Below, in pieces: positions 36,086 to 47,092 of a stretch of DNA of 64,000 nucleotides (positions are counted from its first letter, which is position 1; each line of letters opens with the position of its first letter). A model generated the notes under the pieces. It had not been told where the DNA came from, searched no databases, and worked only from the letters and a program-made list of their open reading frames with translations. This DNA is from Mobula hypostoma. Lineage: Eukaryota. The translations under genes were made by a program, and so were the position numbers. Location of the stretch: the NCBI RefSeq assembly GCF_963921235.1, contig NC_086097.1, positions 112,098,001-112,162,000 of the forward strand, given 5' to 3'.

Positions 36086-36917
36086 ATTTGTCCTTATTGC
36101 CAGAATTTCCATAATCCAGGAAAACAGCAAATATAACATTGTTATTCAAGGAAGGAGCAAAAAAGAGAATATTGTGAACAATAACTCCATTAAACTAATG
36201 ATAGTTATTGGGAAAATTCTGCCATCCATTTATTAAGAATGTTCCGTTGGAGGGCTTAAAAAATAATGCAATTAGACCAAGAAAACTTGGCTTTATGAGG
36301 TAAGATCTACCAAACTTGTTAGGAATTCTTTCGATTGTAAGTAGCAGGATAGTTAATGACAGGCCAGGAGGTGTACTGCTTTTAACATTTTAAAAAGTCA
36401 TTAAATGAGGTGCTGTTTGAGAGTTCATGGGGGATTAAGGATACATAAACAGCAGATTAGTTAATAGATAGAAGGCTAAGTACAAGGATAACCAGTACAA
36501 GTACAAGGATACAAGGATGACAAGACATAGCCTAGGAAGTTCCTCATGGATCAGTGGGATTATGATCCTTGAGGAGACATTACTACCATATTCATTGTAT
36601 GTTATCTATTCCATCTCTCCCACTTTCACCTCCCATTCTGTTTTAAGCTAACCTTTTCCCAGTTCTAATGAAGGGTTTTCTACCCGAAACATTAACCCTG
36701 TGTCTCATTCAATGGATATTGACTGACCTTGAAGTCGAAGTTAATTTATTTTAAAAGTACGTATGATTTCACCTTTTTTTTCAGACTTACGGTTTTCTTA
36801 TTTTGTGCATTTTATCATCCGTTCCTTTTCTGTTCTGTTGTGTGAGGAGAGGGTGTTTGTGGGTTGATGTTCTATTGTGTTCTGTTAGTTTATTTGTGTA
36901 GGGTACAGTTTGTTATT

Positions 36918-39442
36918 TAGTCATAGTCATAGTCATAGTCATACTTTATTGATCCTGGGGGAAATTGATTTTCATTACGGTTGCACCATAAATAATAAAT
37001 AGTAATAAAAACATATGTAAATTATGCCAGGAAATAAATCCAGGACCAACCTATTGGCTCAGGGTGTCTGACTGTCCAAGGAAGGAGTTGTAAAGTTTGA
37101 TGGCCACAGGCAGGAATGACTTCCTATGACGCTCTGTGTTGCATCTCGGTGGAATGAGTCTCTGGCTGAATGTACTCCTGTGCCCACCCGGTACATTATG
37201 TAGTGGATGGGGGACATTGTCCAAGATGGCATGCAACTTGGACAACATCCTCTCTTCAGACACCACCGTCAGAGAGTCCAGTTCCATCCGCACAACATCA
37301 CTGGCCTTACGAATGAGTTTGTTGATTCTGTTGGTGTCTGCTACCCTCAGCCTGCTGCCCCAACACACAACAGCAAACATTATAGCACTGGCCACCACAG
37401 ACTCATAGAACATCCTCAGCATCGTCCGGCAGATGTTAAAGGACCTCAGTCTCCTCAGGAAATAGAGATGACTCTGACCCTTCTTGTAGACAGCCTCAGT
37501 GTTCTTTTACCAGTCCAGTTTATTGTCAACTCGTATCCCTAGGTATTTGTAATCCTCCACTATGTCCACACTGACCCCCTGGATGGAAACAGGGGTAACC
37601 GGTACCTTAGCTCTCCTCTGGTCTACCATCAGCTCCTTAGTCTTTTTCACATTAAGCTGCAGATAATTCTGCTCACACCATGTGACAAAGTTTCCTACCG
37701 TAGCCCTGTACTCAGCCTCATCCCCCTTGCTGATGCATCCAACTATGGCAGAGTCATCCGAAAACTTCTGAAGATGACAAGACTCTGTGCAGTAGTTGAA
37801 GTCCGAGGTGTAAGTGGTGAAGAGAAAGGGAGACAAGACAGTCCCCTGTGGAGACCCAGTGCTGCTGATCACTCTGTCGGACACACAGTGTTGCAAGCAC
37901 ACGTACTGTGGTCTGCCAGTCAGGTAATCAAGAATCCATGATACCAGGGAAGCATCCACCTGCATCGCTGTCAGCTTCTCCCTCAGCAGAGTAGGGGGGA
38001 TGGTGTTGAACGCACTGGAGAAGTCAAAAAACATGACCCTCACAGTGCTCGCTGGCTTGTCCAGGTGGGCGTAGATACGGTTCAGCAAGTAGACGATGGC
38101 ATCCTGAACTCCTAGTTGGGGCTGGAGGCGAACTGGAGGGGATCTAAGTGTGGCCTGACCATAGGCCGGAGCAGTTCCAGAACAAGTCTCTCCAGGGTCT
38201 TCATGATATGGGAGGTCAATGCCACAGGTCTGTAGTCATTCAGGCCGCTGGGGCGCGGCGTCTTCGGCACAGGGACAAGGCAGGATGTCTTCCACAGCAC
38301 AGGAACCCTCCGGAGCCTCAGGCTCAGGTTGAATACATGGCAAAGTACTCCACATAGCTGAGGGGCACAGGCTTTGAGCACCCTGGTACTGACACCATCC
38401 GGTCCTGCAGCCTTGCTTGGGTTGAGACGTTTCAGCTGTCTTCTCACCTGTTCAGCTGTGAGACCCACTGTGGTGGTTTTGTGTGGGAAAGGGTATAGTC
38501 ATGAGAGCAGGGTGGGGGACTGTGAGGAGGGGTAGGAGGGGAGAGTGGAATATGTGTTGGTTGGGGGCCGACAACAGATGGCTCATGTGGGGGATGGGCA
38601 GGGGCCACAATGTCAAAATCTGTTAAAGAACAGGTTAAGTTCATTGGCCCTGTCCACACTGCCTTCAGCAACTCTGTTGCTAGTTTGCTGGAACCCAGTG
38701 ATGGTCCTCGTCCCCCTCCAGGCCTCTCTCATGTTGTTCTGCTGGAGTTTCCACTCAAGCTTCCTCCTGTACCTGTCTTTAGCCTCCCTGATCCTGGCTT
38801 TCAGGTCCCTCTGTATTGCCCTGAGCTCCTCCCTATTTCCATCACTAAATGCCCTCTTTTTAGCATTCAGGATGTCTTTAATGTGCTTTGTTACCCCTGG
38901 CTTGTTATTTGAATAACAAAGGACAGTTCTTGTCGGAGCATTGCAGTCCACACAGAAGTTGATGTAATCAGTGATGCACTCTGTGAGCCCATCAATATCC
39001 TCTCCATGTGGCTCACAGAGTGCCTGCCAGTCTGTCACCTCAAAACAATCCTGGATTGCCTCATAAGCCTCCTCCAACCATTTTCTCACTGTCCTCGAGA
39101 TTGCAGGTTTACTCTTCACCAGAGGCATGTAGCAGGGTTTTAGATGCACCAGGCTGTGATCTGACCTTCCCAGTGGGGGGAGGGGAGAGGAGCTGTATGC
39201 ATCCTTAACGTTAGCGTACATCAAATCCAGAGTCCTCTCCCCTCTGGTTGTACAGCTCACATACTGCGTGAAGTTGGGCAGTGTTCTAGCCATGGTAACA
39301 TGGTTGAAGTCACCCAAGATGGTAATGAGGGCACTCGGGTGCTGGGTTTGTAATCTGGCTGTGACGAAGTAAATGATGTTACACGCCGACGTCGGGCTGG
39401 CAGAGGGAGGGATGTACACAACAACCACAATTGCATGCGAGA
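36918..39442 (-). mobile_element. 5'-truncated Rex1/Babar LINE, few disruptions
   Basis: APE (VVVYIPP, ILGDFNH, TLDLMYAN, GRSDH), RT (KAAGPDGV, FFDFSSAFNTI, GSPQGTVLSP, KFSDD) and C-terminus over ORFs 38613..39428, 38112..38468, 37507..38088 and 37051..37422. (ATGACT)n tail at 36918-36943. Splits an older repeat (about 36785-36917 and 39443-39645). Confidence 0.95.
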
Positions 39443-40839
39443 TTTGGGGGTCGATATTCCTGTTCCGTTTTGTGCAGGGGAGAGGGGTTGATGATCACTA
39501 TGCAATCATTTTTGTGCGGTGGGAGGGTTGATGTTTCTCTCAATGACTTTCATGTTCTTTCTTTGTTTCATGGCTATCTGGAGAAGACAAACTTCAGGCT
39601 TGTATATAGATAAATGCTTTGATAATAAATGAACCTTTGAATCTTTGTTATGATATACTACTTTGAGATTTAAGCTATGTAAAGTTGTGAAGTGTTTCCT
39701 TCATTGCCACTTCGATTCATGATTTTGGGAACCTGTGGGTTTAAAAATTTTTATTGCTGTCTATATTTGCCTATTAGGTAAGAAGCCATATAGATAGTAA
39801 TATGCTGAGTATATAATGTTTGTGAAAAATAAGAAGAATCAAAGAAGCAGGTTTGAGAGAAGTTATTAGAATGTTCAGCATGGGTACTCTTTGTATGTTA
39901 TAACAGCTGCTAATTTTTAAAGTATGCATAAAAAGCTCAACATAAATATTAACATTGACTTCTTAGTCACTGGTGATGAAAAGCATTCCTCCACCCCTGT
40001 TAAGTCAGAACAATTTAATTTCTTTTTTATCAATGCCTTTCTAATTTTTTTATCAGTTTAATTTCTATTTTGTCAAACCACGGTATTGTCCTCCTCCACC
40101 CAATCCTAAAAACCCCATCATTCCTCAGACATTTCATCTCTTTTTCGCTATCCCTGGTCTTCTAATGTTGTAATTACTCGTGGAATTTGAGTCTCCTTTA
40201 CTAATGTCATAACTGTCGAAGTCTGAAAACTGCAACAAGCTGGAGTTGTGTTCAGTATATCAATGCCAGAATAGAGTTACTTCAACTGATATTTCATTAG
40301 TGATCTCAGCATAGAGTGCTCCTAGTTTTTGTGTGATTGGTCACAATATTCCAGTCTGAAGGAACAAAGATTGTTTTTGGAATTATTCGGATTTCAGTTA
40401 CTGTAAGTGGGTTTTAATGTCATTGCTGAACTCATGCTGTAAACACAAGGACACTGGAGTGGAAATTTCAGATCTGCCCCTTTTTCATTTTGCTTTAAAT
40501 AAGATCTTTTTGGTTATAAATTTCTCTCAATAATTTTCTAATATGGTAGGGAAGAGGAGCTTTCTGTATAACCACTTCTGAAGTTTAAAGAACATAACTA
40601 ACCCACTTCCTTATTATTTAACCATAAACATTTCCCCTGCATACTACATAAACAAAAATAAAATTATACGATTTATTTTTTTTTGTTTGTGTAGAATGTG
40701 GGAAACTGTTTTTGGTTAAGTAACAGGGAAATGGGTTAGCTGTATTGCATGTGCTTCATTAGTGGTTGTATAGGGGATATATGGAAAGTTGCGTTTCTCA
40801 AACATAGTAAAAGTGCATAGAAGCAAATTGATATTAAAT

Positions 40840-42680
40840 GGGCATTCCTTCCATGGCTGCTAGTCAAATGCAACATTGGGCCCTGGAGCTATCTGCACGT
40901 CAGTACAATATAAATTACACCATTCAACTGGTGATGGACTATCCAGATTTCCCTTAGCTGATACAGCTCCAGAACCATACCTCAAGGAAGCACCTGATGA
41001 CTTTGGCGCAAGTCCAGAAGTACACACATACTGACCCTGGTCTATCTAAAGTGGACATACTAACTCATGAATGGAAAGGAAAGCCAACTGTAGGATTGAA
41101 ATCTTACCAGGCTTGATGGAAGGAGTTCACAGTTCAAGCAAGATGTTTACTTTGGAGCTACTGAGTTGTCATCCACCAGCATTAAGAAAGCAAGTGCTTG
41201 ACAAACTATATGCAGGACCCTGTGGCGCAGTGTGCATGAAAGTACACAGCTACTTATAGTGGCCAGGAATGGATGTAACCATTGAAGAGTAGGCCAAAGC
41301 ATGTCCACATTGTCGGCGAGTGAGAAATATTCCTCAGCTTTCTCCTCTGCATCCATGAGAATGGTCTGAAGAACCATGGCAGAGTATTCACATAGATTTT
41401 GCAGGACCAGTAGACCATGTTCTTGGTCATAGTGGACAGACACAGCAAATGGCCTGATGCTGCCATCATGAAGAGCATTACATCTGAAAAATGCATTGAG
41501 GAGCTACACTCCATCTTCAGCTGTTTTGGACTTCCTCAACAGCTTGTAAGTGACAATGGCTCAAAACCCCTGTCTGAAGAGTTCAAGGCATTTATGGGAG
41601 CAAATGGTATTCAGCACATCAAGTCAGCACCATATCACCCAGTCACTCATGGCTCTGCTGAACGATTCGTACAAACGTTGAAACAAGCCCTCAACTCCTC
41701 AGTGGGGAATAGATCCCTCAACCTTTCTTGTTGACATACCATAACACACCTCACACCACCACCAAAACGGCTCCAGCTGCTGCACATAGCTTAACCTGCT
41801 TAGACTCCAAACAAAAACAGATTTTGCTAAATGAACAGAAAAATGTGCCAAATGTAGTACAAAAGTTTCACTACAGGAGAGAGTGTACTTGCCCGGAACT
41901 ACATCTCTGGAACAATGTGGATTCTTGTGACAGTGGTGGTACAAACTGGTAATGTGTCATACACAGTGGAAACTAGTAATCACAACATCTGGAGAAGACA
42001 AGTTGATCTTCTGTTCCCACTCTGAGGCTACTGAAAACCAACACAAACTTACCAATCCTGATCCAGCTGTAGAAATGGGACAGGATTCTGAGACAACAAC
42101 TACAAAACTTCCGTTAAGATCAAATAACACAGGCACTGCTCCTCCATCACCTGTGCTTTCTGAGGTTCTCCCCCTACTGACAAAGCAGTACCTAAGTCAA
42201 GATCTATACTACACCACCAAGAGATAAAATGTCTTTGGCGTCATCCTCCAGGTCGTCAGTTCCCTCACAGGAACAGGCAGCCTCCAGAAAGATTGAACCT
42301 CTAGTTTAGTGACTAACCCTCAGCACATGGGAAGAATAATTCCCAGTGTTATGTCTGGGAGTAGAGATAGTCCCTTGTATAGAAAAAAAACATCTTTTGT
42401 TGTTGGTTGAATTTGATAATTACTCCATTGAATGTTAATAGTTCAGCAGCTGGTCTGAGAGTGGGAAGGGGGAGAAACCTTTAAAATAAGGGGGGCCTGG
42501 ATATCTCATGTATTCATTTATATTTTGACCCTTATGGGCTGCTGTCGAGCTGCTCCGTGTGTTACATACTGAAGGTAATAGGAGAGGACATTCTGGATAG
42601 ATGACTTACAAGTAAAATAAACATCAGCACCTTTCCATATCTTGTGTGTTATTCACGGCTGCCTGGCTTCCCAGTACTAC
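40840..42680 (+). mobile_element. Decayed Gypsy-type LTR retrotransposon 3' part (integrase, PPT, partial LTR)
   Basis: ORF 41417..41734 FLVIVDRHSKWP...FGLPQQLVSDNG...SAPYHP..GSAERFVQTLK (rve DDE core). Upstream zinc-finger remnant WPGMD..ACPHC. Polypurine tract 'gagagtgggaagggggagaa' at about 42457-42477. Possible LTR end '..tactaca' at 42680. Confidence 0.85.
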
Positions 42681-43119
42681 AAACAGAACAGTTTCAGTCG
42701 GGTTTTAGAGCAAACCATAACATGGTGACGGCCTTTACCAAAAATGTCAGCAGCACTGATGCCAACAGAGTCTCAGTTATAACTCTATTAGATTTAAGCG
42801 TTGTCTTCGACACAATTGACCATCATATTCTCTAAGATAATTTTGAGAACTGGGTTGAACTCTCTGGTAGCTCCCTTAATTGGTTTCACTCATTAATCTG
42901 AGAGAGAAAAAGGTTTGTTTGTCTTGGGGACTAGTTTTCTCTGAGATACGATGTACCATTCGATGTTGCTTGGGGAAGCTGTCTTGGTTCCCTACTCTTC
43001 TCCATATACATACTCTCCTCAGGAGACATCATTGGAGAGTATAAACTTGATTTGCTCTGAAGTACAAAGTTGTTCCCAAAGTAAAAAGAGATAAACTTCT
43101 TGATGAACTTGGGAACATG

Positions 43120-43362
43120 GTAGTAATCTCGGGATTACTGCCTATGCCATGCGACAGTGAGAGTAGGGATGCGATGAGGTGGAGGATAAATGCGTGGCTG
43201 AGGGATTGGAGCAGGGAGCAGGGATTCATGTTTTTGGATCATTGGGACCTCTTTTGGCGCAGGCGTGACCTCTACAAAAAGGACGGGATACACTTGAATC
43301 CTAGGGGGACCAATATCCTGGCAGGGAGATTAGCGGGGGCTACTGAGGTGACTTTAAACTAG
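43120..43362 (+). CDS. CR1 ORF1 C-terminal part (SGNH/GDSL esterase-like), 5'-truncated
   Basis: VVISGLLP...INAWLRDWSREQGFMFLDHW...YKKDGIHLNPRG contains the DGxH block of SGNH hydrolases known from CR1 ORF1. The ATG at 43117 lies at the junction with the host L2. Confidence 0.85.
   Translation, partial: VVISGLLPMPCDSESRDAMRWRINAWLRDWSREQGFMFLDHWDLFWRRRDLYKKDGIHLNPRGTNILAGRLAGATEVTLN
43353..43359 (+). other. Candidate -1 ribosomal frameshift slippery site U_UUA_AAC
   Basis: ORF1 ends acT TTA AAC TAG. The -1 frame reads TTT AAA CTA GAA TGG TTG and is the ORF2 frame. Confidence 0.65.
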
Positions 43363-43367
43363 AATGG

Positions 43368-46300
43368 TTGGGGGGTGGGAATCAAATTAAAGAGACTAGG
43401 CGTGAGGAGGTTAGTTCACAACAGAGGGATGGGAACCAGTGCAGAGAGACAGAGGGGTGTAAAGTGAGGGTAGAAGCAAAAAGTACTAAGGAGAAAAGTA
43501 AAAGTGGCAGGCCGACAAGTCCAGGGCAAGCATTAAAAAGGGCCACTTTTCAATATAATTGTATAAGGGCTAAGGGAGTTGTAAAAGAGCGCCTGAAGGC
43601 TTTATGTGTCAATGCAAGGAGCATTCGTAATAGGGTGGATGAATTGAAAGTGCAGATTGTTATTAATGATTATGATATAGTTGGGATCACAGAGACATGG
43701 CTCCAGGGTGACCAGGGATGGGAGCTCAACGTTCAGGGATATTCAATATTCAGGAGGGACAGACATGAAGGAAGGGGAGGTGGGGTGGCGTTGCTGGTTA
43801 AAGAAGAGATTAACGCAATAGAAAGGAAAGACATAAGCCAGGAAGATGTGGAATCAATATGGGTAGAGCTGCGTAACACTAAGGGGCAGAAGACGCTGGT
43901 GGGAGTTGTGTACAGGCCACCTAACAGTAGTAGTGAGGTCGGAGATGGTATTAAACAGGAAATTAGAAATGTGTGCAATAAAGGAACAGCAGTTATAATG
44001 GGTGACTTCAATCTACATGTAGATTGGGTGAACCAAATTGGTAAAGGTGCTGAGGAAGAGGATTTCTCGGAATGTATGCGGGATGGTTTTTTGAACCAAC
44101 ATGTCGAGGAACCAACTAGAGAGCAGGCTATTCTGGACTGGGTTTTGAGCAATGAGGAAGGGTTAATTAGCGATCTTGTCGTGAGAGGCCCCTTGGGTAA
44201 GAGTGACCATAATATGGTGGAATTCTTCATTAAGATGGAGAGTGACACAGTTAATTCAGAAACAAAGGTTCTGAACTTAAAGAGGGGTAACTTTGAAGGT
44301 ATGAGACGTGAATTAACTAACAAAGACTGGCAAATGACACTTAAAGGATTGACGGTGGATATGCAATGGCAAGCATTTAAAGATTGCATGGATGAACTAC
44401 AACAATTGTTCATCCCAGTTTGGCAAAAGAATAAATCAAGGAAGGTAGTGCACCCGTGGCTGACAAGAGAAATTAGGGATAGTATCAATTCCAAAGAAGA
44501 AGCATACAAATTAGCCAGAGAAAGTGGCTCACCTGAGGACTGGGAGAAATTCAGAGTTCAGCAGAGGAGGACAAAGGGCTTAATTAGGAAGGGGAAAAAA
44601 GATTATGAGAGAAAACTGGCAGGGAACATAAAAACGGACTGTAAAAGCTTTTATAGATATGTAAAAAGGAAAAGACTGGTAAAGACAAATGTAGGTCCCT
44701 TGCAGACAGAAACCGGTGAATTGATTATGGGGAGCAAGGACATGGCAGAACAATTGAATAATTACTTTGGTTCTGTCTTCACTAAGGAGGACATAAATAA
44801 TCTTCCAGAAATAGTAGGGGACAGAGGGTCCAGTGAGATGGAGGAACTGAGCGAAATACATGTTAGTAGGGAAGTGGTGTTAGGTAAATTGAAGGGATTG
44901 AAGGCAGATAAATCCCCAGGGCCAGATGGTCTGCATCCTAGAGTGCTTAAGGAAGTAGCCCAAGAAATAGTGGATGCATTAGTGATAATTTTTCAAAACT
45001 CGTTAGATTCTGGACTAGTTCCTGAGGATTGGAGGGTGGCTAATGTAACTCCACTTTTTAAAAAAGGAGGGAGAGAGAAACCGGGGAATTATAGACCGGT
45101 TAGCCTAACGTCGGTGGTGGGGAAACTGCTGGAGTCAGTTATCAAGGATGTGATAACAGCACATTTGGAAAGCGGTGAAATGATCGGACAAAGTCAGCAT
45201 GGATTTGTGAAAGGAAAATCATGTCTGACGAATCTCATAGAATTTTTTGAGGATGTAACTAGTAGAGTGGATAGGGGAGAACCAGTGGATGTGGTATATT
45301 TGGATTTTCAAAAGGCTTTTGACAAGGTCCCACACAGGAGATTAGTGTGCAAACTTAAAGCACACGGTATTGGGGGTAAGGTATTGGTGTGGGTGGAGAA
45401 TTGGTTAGCAGACAGGAAGCAAAGAGTGGGAATAAACGGGACCTTTTCAGAATGGCAGGCAGTGACTAGTGGGGTACCGCAAGGCTCAGTGCTGGGACCC
45501 CAGTTGTTTACAATATATATTAATGACTTGGATGAGGGAATTAAATGCAGCATCTCCAAGTTTGCGGATGACACGAAGCTGGGTGGCAGTGTTAGCAGTG
45601 AGGAGGATGCTAAGAGGATGCAGGGTGACTTGGATAGGTTGGGTGAGTGGGCAAATTCATGGCAGATGCAATTTAATGTGGATAAATGTGAAGTTATCCA
45701 CTTTGGTGGCAAAAATAGGAAAACAGATTATTATCTGAATGGTGGCCGATTAGGAAAAGGGGAGGTGCAACGAGACCTGGGTGTCATTATACACCAGTCA
45801 TTGAAAGTGGGCATGCAGGTACAGCAGGCGGTGAAAAAGGCGAATGGTATGCTGGCATTTATAGTGAGAGGATTCGAGTACAGGAGCAGGGAGGTACTAC
45901 TGCAGTTGTACAAGGCCTTGGTGAGACCACACCTGGAGTATTGTGTGCAGTTTTGGTCCCCTAATCTGAGGAAAGACATCTTTGCCATAGAGGGAGTACA
46001 AAGAAGGTTCACCAGATTGATTCCTGGGATGGCAGGACTTTCATATGAAGAAAGACTGGATGAACTGGGCTTGTACTCGTTGGAATTTAGAAGATTGAGG
46101 GGGGATCTTATTGAAACGTATAAGATCCTAAAGGGATTGGACAGGCTAGATGCAGGAAGATTGTTCCCGATGTTGGGGAAGTCCAGAACGAGAGGCCACA
46201 GTTTGAGGATAGAGGGGAAGCCTTTTAGGACCGAGATTAGGAAAAACTTCTTCACACAGAGAGTGGTGAATCTGTGGAATTCTCTGCCACAGGAAACAGT

Positions 46301-46400
46301 TGAGGCCAGTTCATTGGCTATATTTAAGAGGGAGTTAGATATGGCCCTTGTGGCTACGGGGGTCAGGGGGTATGGAGGGAAGGCTGGGGTGGGGTTCTGA
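43368..46400 (+). CDS. CR1 ORF2: APE endonuclease plus reverse transcriptase (true start uncertain)
   Basis: 1010 open codons. APE motifs NARS, ITETWL, VYRPP, MGDFN, SDHN. RT motifs KSPGPDG, LDFQKAFDKVPH, GVPQGSVLGP, KFADD. The annotated start is TTG and the frame is open from 43347. Confidence 0.95.
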   Translation: MGGGNQIKETRREEVSSQQRDGNQCRETEGCKVRVEAKSTKEKSKSGRPTSPGQALKRATFQYNCIRAKGVVKERLKALCVNARSIRNRVDELKVQIVINDYDIVGITETWLQGDQGWELNVQGYSIFRRDRHEGRGGGVALLVKEEINAIERKDISQEDVESIWVELRNTKGQKTLVGVVYRPPNSSSEVGDGIKQEIRNVCNKGTAVIMGDFNLHVDWVNQIGKGAEEEDFSECMRDGFLNQHVEEPTREQAILDWVLSNEEGLISDLVVRGPLGKSDHNMVEFFIKMESDTVNSETKVLNLKRGNFEGMRRELTNKDWQMTLKGLTVDMQWQAFKDCMDELQQLFIPVWQKNKSRKVVHPWLTREIRDSINSKEEAYKLARESGSPEDWEKFRVQQRRTKGLIRKGKKDYERKLAGNIKTDCKSFYRYVKRKRLVKTNVGPLQTETGELIMGSKDMAEQLNNYFGSVFTKEDINNLPEIVGDRGSSEMEELSEIHVSREVVLGKLKGLKADKSPGPDGLHPRVLKEVAQEIVDALVIIFQNSLDSGLVPEDWRVANVTPLFKKGGREKPGNYRPVSLTSVVGKLLESVIKDVITAHLESGEMIGQSQHGFVKGKSCLTNLIEFFEDVTSRVDRGEPVDVVYLDFQKAFDKVPHRRLVCKLKAHGIGGKVLVWVENWLADRKQRVGINGTFSEWQAVTSGVPQGSVLGPQLFTIYINDLDEGIKCSISKFADDTKLGGSVSSEEDAKRMQGDLDRLGEWANSWQMQFNVDKCEVIHFGGKNRKTDYYLNGGRLGKGEVQRDLGVIIHQSLKVGMQVQQAVKKANGMLAFIVRGFEYRSREVLLQLYKALVRPHLEYCVQFWSPNLRKDIFAIEGVQRRFTRLIPGMAGLSYEERLDELGLYSLEFRRLRGDLIETYKILKGLDRLDAGRLFPMLGKSRTRGHSLRIEGKPFRTEIRKNFFTQRVVNLWNSLPQETVEASSLAIFKRELDMALVATGVRGYGGKAGVGF

Positions 46401-47092
46401 GTTGGATGATCAGCCATGATCATAATAAATGGCGGTGCAGGCTCGAAGGGCCGAATGGCCTACTCCTGCACCTATTTTCTATGTTTCTATGTTTCTATGT
46501 TTCCTTATAGAATCAGAAGTTACATACCTGGGTGTTAACCTTGATTCAGATTTGAATTTCAATTACCATATGAAGAAAGTGACCAGAGTGGCATTTCTAC
46601 TCTTAGAAAATATTGCACAGGTATGCCTGTTTCTCTCATGTAATGATGCTTAGAAACTAATTCATGCCTTTTTATCAAATAGACTGGATTACTGCAATGC
46701 ACTTTTTACTGGCCTTCCAAAGCAATCTATCGATAAACTCCAAATCATTAAGTGCACTGCTGCTAGACTTTCAGCTAAAACCAGTATGAGGGAGCATGTC
46801 ACTCCCATCCAAACTACTCTACATTGGCTTCCTGTATCTTTTACAATTTATTTTAAAGTTCTCTAACTTGTTTTTAAAACTCTGGGACAGGAGTTCATCA
46901 CAAAATCATTTTCATTTTATAATCCAGCTCAAGATCTCAGGTCTTCTTCTGCCAGTCTCATATAGTTAAACAATCTCCCTCAAAAGCTAATTGTTATGTC
47001 AGCTTTATTGTAATATGCTCCTAAACTGTGAACTTCAATACCTAAAACTTTAAATGATCCAAGTACAGTTGACAATTTTAAGCATCAGCTTG

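Larger units (their letters stand above)
43120..46503 (+). mobile_element. Young CR1 LINE, truncated within ORF1, ORF2 intact
   Basis: ORF1 C-terminus plus open ORF2. 3'UTR inverted repeat ggtgcagg/cctgcacc (46434-46441/46465-46472). Tail (TTCTATGT)3 at 46477-46500. Confidence 0.97.

Noticed and set aside
39960..40360. Strong minus-strand acceptor followed by purine-rich sequence
   Set aside because: Stops in all frames and no recognisable protein.
40690..40840. Possible 5' LTR start (tgtagaatgtggg) for the Gypsy remnant
   Set aside because: No visible direct repeat with the 3' LTR region and no TSD.
43733..46423. Long minus-strand ORFs (43733..44509, 45308..45712, 45731..46423) and similar ORFs at 9459..9890 and 29447..29728
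   Set aside because: Antisense shadows of CR1 ORF2, with no independent protein features.
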